This document shows positions 1 to 8,334 of a stretch of 55,099 nucleotides of DNA, in pieces. A program made the position numbers and the translations under genes. How positions within the stretch are numbered: the first letter of the stretch is position 1; every line of letters begins with the position of its first letter. The notes below the pieces were generated by a model, which was not told where the DNA came from, made no database searches, and was given only the letters and a program-made list of their open reading frames with translations. This DNA is from an uncultured virus (IMG/VR IMGVR_UViG_3300005662_000026) (taxonomy: Duplodnaviria > Heunggongvirae > Uroviricota > Caudoviricetes). Location: the IMG/VR virus record IMGVR_UViG_3300005662_000026; one strand, given 5' to 3'.

Positions 1-1
1 A

Positions 2-3000
2 CTAGGTCCTATTAATCTTAATCCAAATCCATTAAGCCACTATGAATTAAACTATGGTTTTAACTTACCAGTTAAACAAGATGGTGGTGAATCTGATTAT
101 GAAGAACTAGAACTTACTGATGAAGAAATACAAGCATACAGAGATGGTGGTTATGTAGTAGAAGAAATACCTGAACAAGAAATAGGTGGTTATGTACAAC
201 ATGAACTAGTTAAAGCACAAACTGGTTTAGAACAAAATGATTCAGATGTATATACATATGCAGGAAGACCAGATTCTTACTATAAGAAAGATGATAAAGG
301 TCAATGGCTGATTAGTAATAAAGGAACAGGTAATAAGTTTATTCCTATTAAAGATCCAAAAGGTGATAGAGCAAAAATCTTAAATGCTGAAGCTAAAAAA
401 AATGTACCAATGACAGATAGTCCTTATGCATTAGCAGCTTCAAATTTTGCTAATGATAATGGTACAGATTCTAAACAAGCATATATTGATAAATATCAAA
501 AGTCACCTGAACTTGCAAAACAAAAAGTTGTAAAACAATTTAAGACAGATAAAGAACTTGCAAAAACAGCAGAATTTATAAATAGTGGAAAACTAGAAAA
601 TTCAACAAATACAGATCAACAATTAGATCCAAGACTTATGGGTCCCGTAGGTGATAATACAAGAACTACAGCAGGCTTTAATGGCCAACAAGCTTTTGAA
701 GGAGCCTTACGTTATAACTCACCAGAAAGTGTAGAAGAACGTAAAATACAAGCTGAGTGGGAAAAACAAAAATGGGATGAGTATGCAAAGAAGTCATTAT
801 ATGATAGAGTTTTAGATAGAACACAAGCCTTTGCTGCAAACCCCTTTGTATTAACTGGTAATGTTTTATCAGGTAAACAAGGTTTTATTCCAGGAATGGG
901 TAGAGGTTTATTAAATAAAGATAATCCTGAAGAATATGATAGATACCTCCAAGCTACTGGACAAGTAAAAGGTGAGGTTAGCTTAAGTGATATGCTTAAT
1001 TTTGCAAACCCTACTCACTGGGGAGCTAGTGCTGGAAATGAATTTAGTAAAGGTAATTATGGTCAAGGTGCAACGGAACTTGGTTTATCATTATTAGGTG
1101 TAGGTGCAGGTAGAGGTTTATTACAAGGTAGTAAAGCTCTTGCTCAAAGTTTAGGTAGAGGAGCTAAATATGTAGGTAAAGCAATGAATACAGCACCAAA
1201 ATTTTTACCTGGTGCAACATTAAACAATGCTATAAATGCAGGTTTTGCAGGTCATGGTTTAAATGAAATTGTTTCAGGTGATGTTGCTGAACCATGGAAG
1301 AAAGCAATGAAGAGTGGTAAAGGAATAGATTATGCAACTGCATTAGGTGAAAACGCCATGACTGCATTAGAACTTGCTCCATTAGTTGGACCTGCCGCAA
1401 AAGGTTTAATTGGAGGATTGAATGCAAGTAAAGAATCTATAATAGGTGCAAAAAATATTTTAGGTGATTATAGAAACATTGAGCAGTTAAGACTTGCTAA
1501 TCATTATAAAGATTTTAATACAGCAAGTAAAGCACATCCAACTATATTCAATGATAAAAAAGTATTTGATGCAACTAAAACTGAAGCAAAACAATTATTA
1601 AAAAAATATAAAAAAGACTTTACTGAAAACTTTGGAGCAGGTAAAGATGATGAAGTATTATTATATGGTGCTCATAATGATTTAAAAAATGCAGTTAAAA
1701 ATAAAAACTTTTTAGCAGAAGATGAATTTGCAAAATCAGCTGGATTAAAAAATGACTTAACAAATCAGGAAAAGTTTTTAGCAGATGCATATCAATTAGA
1801 ATACTCACCATACTTTAATAGAAATATACGTAATGGTAATCAAAAGTTTTCAGAATATTTAGCAGATGATTTTAACTCACTGATGAATAAAAATAAAACA
1901 GCTAGACCAGTACAAGTATCAAGAGTATCTGATTTTGATAGAAAAGTTAAAACATTAAGAAAGGGTACATCAGAACCAGAAATGGTACATTATAATGATC
2001 TAAAAGAAGGTGATGTTATTTATCCAGAACACAACTGGAGTACTACTACTGATTTAGAAAATAATGTTTGGGGAAGTGGTAATCCATCAGCAAAAACTGC
2101 ACGTATTAATATACCAGAAAATCAAGGTGTATTCAGACCTAATATGTATAAAGGTACCCAGTATGCTAATGAACAAGAACTTGTATTACCAAGTGGTTTA
2201 GGATATAAAGTTAGTGGTGTTAATCCTCAAGGTTTTACACATGAAAATCCTAGATTCATGTTTGATGCAGTTACTCCATCAGCAGGTACAAGCGGTACAT
2301 TAAATGCTGGTATATCACCAGATCTTATTAAGAATGCTGTGGGACCTAGAAATAGTGTTTTAGCAAGAATAGTTGATAATGCATATTTCTCACCTCCATT
2401 AAATAAAACAATGGATAGATTAAGTCCATTAAATTTAATACCGGGATATGGTTCTAAATTAACTGGTGCTACAATGCCATTAGGTAATGTTATTAATAGA
2501 AGTATTAAAAATGGTAATTTAGTAGAGGCTCCATCATTATTAAAACAAGCAAAAAATCTAGTTAAAACTACTGAGGCAAAACCATTAACTACACAGTTTA
2601 ATAATTTAAACTCTGATATTTATGCAGCTAAAGTAAGTGGTTTAAATCCTGGTTCAACAATTGGTGTAGGTCAACCATATAAACAAGGTTTTTTAGGTAG
2701 AACATTTGCAAAATCAAAAGCACAATATCCTGTTCAAAATAGAGTAGGTGAAAGTTTATCTCAAATACCATTAAGTGATCCAGGTGTATCATTACATAGA
2801 AGGTTACCTTTTTCTAAAAGATATGTACCTATTGATAAAGAAAAACTTATGAATAATAAGTTTCAATGGTCAACAACTGGTTCAGGTCTACAAAATCTAG
2901 GAGAAAAATTTGTTAAAAGTGCTCCTGTGTATGGAGCTTTAGGAGCTGGAGCTGCAGCATTAATGTACAATCCTTATGATTATATGTCTGAAGATGCTGC

Positions 3001-3271
3001 AAGAATGGTTAAAGAAGAAAACATACCATTAGAAACTTTAACAGATTTACCTACAAGAACTGATGCAACTAAACAAGGATTTAAAGATATGCAACAATCA
3101 CCATTAGAATTTATAAAAAATCCTGATCCATATGGTGTTAAGTTTTATGGTTCAATGTTAGGTTATAGTCAAGGTGGTAATGTTATAACTGAAGAATGGG
3201 AAGATGAACTGGATGATTATACAATTAACCTATTAAGAAAAGCAGGTTACGTTGTTGAAGAAATTGATTAA
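2..3271 (+). CDS. Large virion cargo protein with ADP-ribosyltransferase domain (5'-truncated; frame is open from the window edge, the track's Met at 410 is internal)
   Basis: Frame from nt 2 reads LGPINLNPNP...KKNVPM with no stop into the 953-aa ORF. Contains an R-S-E ART signature, xxxGG motifs, and a repeated L(T/D)xxxIxxxRxxGYVVEEI tag near both visible ends. Confidence 0.85.
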   Translation, partial: LGPINLNPNPLSHYELNYGFNLPVKQDGGESDYEELELTDEEIQAYRDGGYVVEEIPEQEIGGYVQHELVKAQTGLEQNDSDVYTYAGRPDSYYKKDDKGQWLISNKGTGNKFIPIKDPKGDRAKILNAEAKKNVPMTDSPYALAASNFANDNGTDSKQAYIDKYQKSPELAKQKVVKQFKTDKELAKTAEFINSGKLENSTNTDQQLDPRLMGPVGDNTRTTAGFNGQQAFEGALRYNSPESVEERKIQAEWEKQKWDEYAKKSLYDRVLDRTQAFAANPFVLTGNVLSGKQGFIPGMGRGLLNKDNPEEYDRYLQATGQVKGEVSLSDMLNFANPTHWGASAGNEFSKGNYGQGATELGLSLLGVGAGRGLLQGSKALAQSLGRGAKYVGKAMNTAPKFLPGATLNNAINAGFAGHGLNEIVSGDVAEPWKKAMKSGKGIDYATALGENAMTALELAPLVGPAAKGLIGGLNASKESIIGAKNILGDYRNIEQLRLANHYKDFNTASKAHPTIFNDKKVFDATKTEAKQLLKKYKKDFTENFGAGKDDEVLLYGAHNDLKNAVKNKNFLAEDEFAKSAGLKNDLTNQEKFLADAYQLEYSPYFNRNIRNGNQKFSEYLADDFNSLMNKNKTARPVQVSRVSDFDRKVKTLRKGTSEPEMVHYNDLKEGDVIYPEHNWSTTTDLENNVWGSGNPSAKTARINIPENQGVFRPNMYKGTQYANEQELVLPSGLGYKVSGVNPQGFTHENPRFMFDAVTPSAGTSGTLNAGISPDLIKNAVGPRNSVLARIVDNAYFSPPLNKTMDRLSPLNLIPGYGSKLTGATMPLGNVINRSIKNGNLVEAPSLLKQAKNLVKTTEAKPLTTQFNNLNSDIYAAKVSGLNPGSTIGVGQPYKQGFLGRTFAKSKAQYPVQNRVGESLSQIPLSDPGVSLHRRLPFSKRYVPIDKEKLMNNKFQWSTTGSGLQNLGEKFVKSAPVYGALGAGAAALMYNPYDYMSEDAARMVKEENIPLETLTDLPTRTDATKQGFKDMQQSPLEFIKNPDPYGVKFYGSMLGYSQGGNVITEEWEDELDDYTINLLRKAGYVVEEID
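1757..2270 (+). other. ADP-ribosyltransferase domain (VIP2/C3/T4 Alt-like, R-S-E clade) within the first CDS
   Basis: Y...N..R helix, VQVSR (catalytic R, ~1922), WSTTT (STS-like, ~2036), RINIP strand, YANEQELVLP (ExE, 2171-2179), in the canonical order and spacing. Confidence 0.8.
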
Positions 3272-3313
3272 ACTTTTAATGTTTATAGAGTAAATCAAAA
3301 TTTATTATATTTA
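3269..3313 (+). promoter_or_regulatory. Conserved promoter-like motif TAAAC-N7-GTTTA-N20-TATATTTA (copy 1)
   Basis: Identical architecture and spacing at 8267-8311; resembles the Bacteroidota sigma70 TTTG-N19-21-TAnnTTTG consensus with terminal G>A in both boxes. Confidence 0.6.
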
Positions 3314-3331
3314 ATATATATTACATATTAT

Positions 3332-5605
3332 ATGAAAAAGAAAGTAAGAGTATATAAACCAGGTGGTGAAGCTGCTCAACCTACTCAAGAAGAAATAGTT
3401 AATTATATTGCTCAAAGAATGTCATCTGATGACTTTGATGGTGATACTGATACATTAAAAGAAGAGTTAGCTCAAGCTGGTATTGATGAAGTTACAGCTG
3501 AACAATATATTGAATATGTTAATGAGAACTTAGGTTTATCAGACCAATCACAAACTGTTAATCCTGAAGATGCTGCTGCAATAGCTGCTGAAGAAGAACA
3601 AGCTGCATCAGATGAAGAACAAGCTTTACTTAATGAGCAAAATGCAGCAGAAGAGCAGGCAAGACAAGAACAGATGGCTGCAATGTATGATACTGGTATA
3701 GATACATCTGCTGATGAAGCTGCTGATGATGAAGCATTATATATGCAGTATGGTGGTTCTAAACCTAGTAAAAGAAGTTTTATTAACAAGTATACTAAAC
3801 TTGCTAAAAAACAAATGGGTGGAGATGCAACAAATCATACTCAAGGTCCAGATACAAAACCAGCAACTAACTTTTTATCTGCTGTAGCTAATACAGCTAA
3901 AGATGCAGTATTAAAACAAGAAGCTGAACAAGCATATAATTCTATCTATGGTGCACCACAAGTAGGAGCATTTCAAGATGGTGGTATAAATCCAGAACAA
4001 ATTGATACTGAAAGTCCATTAGATCATTGGACTAAGCAAAGTCAAGCTATGGGAGATATTTTTAAGAATAATCAGAATATTCAAAATGATATGCCTCATG
4101 GACAATTTGGTGGTTTTACAGATACTAATTCTGGTTTATATAGATTTATTGGTGGTGGAGATAATGAGTATATTGATGAACAATATCAAGATGCTGATTT
4201 AGATTACCCACAGTATGCAAAACATGGTGGTGCTTTACATAAATATCAAGAGGATGGTGAAACTACTGAAGACTGGAAAGCTAAGTATGATGAACTTGTA
4301 AAACAAAATGCAGCAGGAGAAGCACTAATTAATAGAAGTAGACCTTATGGTAGAAGTAATATTATAGGTGGTAATTTTGGAGGTGGTAATTTTCCTATAA
4401 CTAGAAATAGATATAACCAAGCAATTGGTAATCCGTATTATACAACTACTGGTGAGGAGTTACCTTATGGTACTGATATTAGTAAATTAACACCAACAAG
4501 TACTGTAACAAAAAAAGGTTTATTTGGTAGAGATAAAGAAATTACTGTAAACTTTAGAGACCCATCTGAGTATTTAAATGCACCTACTAATGTAACAGCT
4601 TCTAATTCTACAGCTGCTACACCTACAAATCAAGCAGGTACACCAAGTACACAAGTTACTAATCCAAGTATGTCTTATTATCCTGGACCACAAAATGATC
4701 AACGCTTTGCAAGACGTATGATGAATTCAGGTATACCTGTTATACAAGGTATTGGTTCTTATTTTGTTGATACAAAAAGTCCATCTGAGAAAGAATTATT
4801 TAATGATAAAGATGAAGTAGCAAGAGTAAAAAAAAGAATGTCAGACTTTATACCTATTGATAAATTATCACAAAAAACAGAGGCAACAAAAGCATATGGT
4901 GGACCTATTGACTATACTGAGTATGCTTATGGTGGGGATATATCTGTACCAGAATTATATAGAGCACAAGCAGGAGTAGAACAAAAACTAGATCCTAATG
5001 ATAATTCAGTTTTTGCTTTTAAACCTTTAAGTGATGCAGAGTTAGAAGAACAATCTCAATATGATCCTGCAGTACCAGAACAAGAACAACCAGAATTAAC
5101 TGATGCACAAAACTTTCTAAAATACCAACGTGATTTTAATCAAATGAATACATATGCTCAAAAAGCTAAAACTGCAGATGCTCCGGGTGTAGGTACAACT
5201 AGTAATCCAATATATCAAAAAGATATTTCACAAAAGTTTAAACCTAAATCTGAATGGAATGTTGATGGTCCAACTTTAGGAACAGGTATTGATTTAGCTG
5301 AAAATGCAATAGCAGGTACATTAGAAAAAGCTGCTGCTAATAAACAACAGAATCAATTAAATGAGTATTACAAGAATACTATTAATACATTTGGTACAAA
5401 TGACCAATATAATGTAGGTACTTATGGTGCTAATCTTGGTGATCTTAGATCAAATGATACTGGTTTTATGGGTGTTGTTAAATATGGTGGAGGTATTTAT
5501 GCTATGGGTGGAAACACTGAAGATGAAGGTGATGATATCCAATATATGACTGAAAAAGAAATTAAAGACTTCCTAGCTAATGGAGGTGAATTAGAATATT
5601 TATAA
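3332..5605 (+). CDS. Acidic, low-complexity virion cargo protein with many xxxGG motifs
   Basis: 757-aa ORF, E/D/Q/A-rich, no Cys seen, about 12 xxxGG motifs, located in the structural block. Confidence 0.75.
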   Translation: MKKKVRVYKPGGEAAQPTQEEIVNYIAQRMSSDDFDGDTDTLKEELAQAGIDEVTAEQYIEYVNENLGLSDQSQTVNPEDAAAIAAEEEQAASDEEQALLNEQNAAEEQARQEQMAAMYDTGIDTSADEAADDEALYMQYGGSKPSKRSFINKYTKLAKKQMGGDATNHTQGPDTKPATNFLSAVANTAKDAVLKQEAEQAYNSIYGAPQVGAFQDGGINPEQIDTESPLDHWTKQSQAMGDIFKNNQNIQNDMPHGQFGGFTDTNSGLYRFIGGGDNEYIDEQYQDADLDYPQYAKHGGALHKYQEDGETTEDWKAKYDELVKQNAAGEALINRSRPYGRSNIIGGNFGGGNFPITRNRYNQAIGNPYYTTTGEELPYGTDISKLTPTSTVTKKGLFGRDKEITVNFRDPSEYLNAPTNVTASNSTAATPTNQAGTPSTQVTNPSMSYYPGPQNDQRFARRMMNSGIPVIQGIGSYFVDTKSPSEKELFNDKDEVARVKKRMSDFIPIDKLSQKTEATKAYGGPIDYTEYAYGGDISVPELYRAQAGVEQKLDPNDNSVFAFKPLSDAELEEQSQYDPAVPEQEQPELTDAQNFLKYQRDFNQMNTYAQKAKTADAPGVGTTSNPIYQKDISQKFKPKSEWNVDGPTLGTGIDLAENAIAGTLEKAAANKQQNQLNEYYKNTINTFGTNDQYNVGTYGANLGDLRSNDTGFMGVVKYGGGIYAMGGNTEDEGDDIQYMTEKEIKDFLANGGELEYL

Positions 5606-5614
5606 TTTTGTATT

Positions 5615-8269
5615 ATGTACTTTAAAGTAAGAATAACTAAGGGATTACCACAAGCTAAAACAGGAGGTTTTACAGGTAACAATTTAAATAAGCAAGTTAT
5701 CAGTTTTGGTGGAGCTGATATGAATGCGGCATCAAGACATCTTGAGAATACTAGATACTTAAAAAAAGTACCAAGAGATGAGGCTAATTTAGAAGCTGAA
5801 GGTGGTGAAACTGCCTTTGGTGATATCAATGGTGATGGATTCACAGAGCACATGATTATCAGTGGTAAGAGACATCATGAAGGTGGTGTCCCATTAAACT
5901 TACCTGACGGTACATTTATCTTTAGTGATACTGCTTCTATGAAGATTACTGATTGTAATATTCTAAAAATGTTTGGTAAAAAATGTGGAACTAAAGGTTA
6001 TACTCCAGCTGAGTTAGCTAAACCATATGACTTAAATAAATATAGAAAAATATTAGAAGATCCTAACTCAGATAAAATAGATAAGAAATCTGCTGAGTTA
6101 ATGATTAAAAATATTAATCTTAAACTTGGTGCATTAGCATTAGCTCAAGAAGCTAAGAAAGGTTTCCCACAAGGTATACCTGAAGTAGCTAGACCATACA
6201 TGGAAGAGATGGGTATTAGAGAAGAAGACTTAATGCCACAAAAAGCTCAACCTGAAGCTCAAGTAAATCAACAAGCTATGCAAAATCCATATGAAGCTCA
6301 AGGAATGCAAATGCAATCTCCTGAAGAAGAAATGATGGAGCAAGGACCTGGTATGCAGAATCCTCAAGAAGAAATGATGGAGGCACCTATGGCTCAGTAC
6401 GGTATGTCAATGGGTGGATATGGAATGCCTTTCCATGATACACAATATAGAACAGGTGGTACATTAACTAGATACCAAAAGAAAGGTGAAGTTGATGAAG
6501 AAGAAGATGATGATAAAACTACAGTGTGTACAAAAAATGGATGTTTTAAAGTTAAAAAATATACAAAAGATGACTTACCTGCTGATGCAGTAGTTAGAGA
6601 TAGAATTACTGTTGATGCACAACCAGGGGATTTTATTAAACAAGAAAATGGCTCTTATTATAAAGTTACTAAAGCTTCATTAGTTGGTAATCCAACATCT
6701 GATTCTAAGTCAAGTAAGATGACAATTGAGGAGTTTAAAAAAGAGTCTCCTGAAAATGCTAAACTTATTGATGATGCAAATGCAATTATTAAAAGAGGTA
6801 TAGATAATAAAACTATTAAAACTGATGGTAAAGGTAATATTCAAATAACTAATCAGTGGAGTCCTACTGAATTAGAAAGAATACTTGTATCAAGAGCTTT
6901 AAATGTTTCTAATGCAGAAGGTAAAAAATTTGGTACAGATAAATATACTATAACAAGTCAACAGGCTACAGGTCCATACTCTAAATTAGTTAATGGTAAA
7001 ATAAAAGGTACAGGATCATTTGTTGCTGGTTTTACACCAGACTTATATGAAAGAAGATTTATATTTGAGCAGGCTAAAGGTTTAGGTTTATCTGATGAAG
7101 AAGCTTTAGCTGAAGTAGATAGAATTCAAAAAGATGATAAAACTAAAGCACAATTAAGAAGACAATTCTTAACTACTCTTGGTGTAAAAGATATACCTAA
7201 AGAAGATAAAGATTTATTATCAGAAGACTTTTACAAAAAACGTTATAGTGATGTAACAAGTGGTATTGAAAGTACATTAGCTGCATCTAATTATAGACCA
7301 GGTATTGGTAATGAGGGTTTATCAGGTCTTGAGCACTATGATGCATTTGGATTTAAACCAGGTTTTGATTATGAAACTGAAGCTAAAAAAGCAAATGATA
7401 AAGCTGATACAACATCTACAGATATTACAGATGAAGAAAGTGATTATCAACCACCATACAATGTTCCACCAGCTGCATGGAAACAAGATAAGTTAAACTT
7501 AGCTAATGCTGCTGTTGACTATTTAGGTAGAAAAAAATACTTACCATTTGCAATGCCTTATGCACCACAATTACAAAATATTATATATGCAGATCCAACA
7601 AAAGAATTAAGTAACTTACAAGGACAAACTTATACTAATAATAATGCATTGGCACAATTTCTAGGAGCTAATGAATTATCAGCAAGACAGTCAAGTAACT
7701 TTGGTCAAATGGCTGCACAAGCTGCAAATGTTATGAATAGATATAATGCAGGTAATGTTGATAGAACTAATGCTTTAACAGGACGTAATACAGATATTAT
7801 GAATGAAGCACAAAGATATAATCAAGGTTTAACTAAACAGTTATATGATCAAAATGTTGTAGCTAATCAAAACTATGATAATACTGAACGTGCATTTAGA
7901 CATAACTTAGTAGATGCAGAAAATACATTAACAACTAATAAATGGAAAACTGATGCATTAAATCAATTATATCCTCAGTATGCAGTTGATCCAAGAAGTG
8001 GTGGTAGAATGTATTTTACTCAAGGTAGAAAAGCAAGACCTACATCTGAAATGGATGATATTCAATATGCTGAAATGATTAATAATAAACATTTTGCACC
8101 TGAAGTTCAAGCACAATTAATTAAAGGTAGAAACTCAAGAGCTAGTCAAAATCAATTTGGAGTTGATCCAAACATAATGGGGCTTATGTACGGTAGTAAT
8201 AAAAAAGGTGGTTCTTTAGATGCAGCATATGTAATGGGTTCTAATGTATTCCCTTTCATGTTCTATTAA
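5615..8269 (+). CDS. Virion structural/cargo protein with N-terminal EAEGGE...G.RH..GGV...FIFSD domain
   Basis: 884-aa ORF; N-terminal motif resembles one I recall from crAss-like structural proteins; Q/M-rich linker and Q/N-rich helical C-terminus. Confidence 0.7.
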   Translation: MYFKVRITKGLPQAKTGGFTGNNLNKQVISFGGADMNAASRHLENTRYLKKVPRDEANLEAEGGETAFGDINGDGFTEHMIISGKRHHEGGVPLNLPDGTFIFSDTASMKITDCNILKMFGKKCGTKGYTPAELAKPYDLNKYRKILEDPNSDKIDKKSAELMIKNINLKLGALALAQEAKKGFPQGIPEVARPYMEEMGIREEDLMPQKAQPEAQVNQQAMQNPYEAQGMQMQSPEEEMMEQGPGMQNPQEEMMEAPMAQYGMSMGGYGMPFHDTQYRTGGTLTRYQKKGEVDEEEDDDKTTVCTKNGCFKVKKYTKDDLPADAVVRDRITVDAQPGDFIKQENGSYYKVTKASLVGNPTSDSKSSKMTIEEFKKESPENAKLIDDANAIIKRGIDNKTIKTDGKGNIQITNQWSPTELERILVSRALNVSNAEGKKFGTDKYTITSQQATGPYSKLVNGKIKGTGSFVAGFTPDLYERRFIFEQAKGLGLSDEEALAEVDRIQKDDKTKAQLRRQFLTTLGVKDIPKEDKDLLSEDFYKKRYSDVTSGIESTLAASNYRPGIGNEGLSGLEHYDAFGFKPGFDYETEAKKANDKADTTSTDITDEESDYQPPYNVPPAAWKQDKLNLANAAVDYLGRKKYLPFAMPYAPQLQNIIYADPTKELSNLQGQTYTNNNALAQFLGANELSARQSSNFGQMAAQAANVMNRYNAGNVDRTNALTGRNTDIMNEAQRYNQGLTKQLYDQNVVANQNYDNTERAFRHNLVDAENTLTTNKWKTDALNQLYPQYAVDPRSGGRMYFTQGRKARPTSEMDDIQYAEMINNKHFAPEVQAQLIKGRNSRASQNQFGVDPNIMGLMYGSNKKGGSLDAAYVMGSNVFPFMFY

Positions 8270-8311
8270 ACTTTTCAGGTTTAGTAAACTTATAAAATTT
8301 TAATATATTTA
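8267..8311 (+). promoter_or_regulatory. Conserved promoter-like motif TAAAC-N7-GTTTA-N20-TATATTTA (copy 2)
   Basis: TAAAC TTTTCAG GTTTA, exactly 20 nt, then TATATTTA, ending 23 nt before the ATG at 8335. Confidence 0.6.
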
Positions 8312-8334
8312 CAATATAGACAAACATTAATATT

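Noticed and set aside
6270..6400. Short tandem-like repeat (cctgaagaagaaatgatggag / cctcaagaagaaatgatggag)
   Set aside because: A local duplication in a Q/M/E low-complexity linker (PEEEMME / PQEEMME); no evidence of a separate function.
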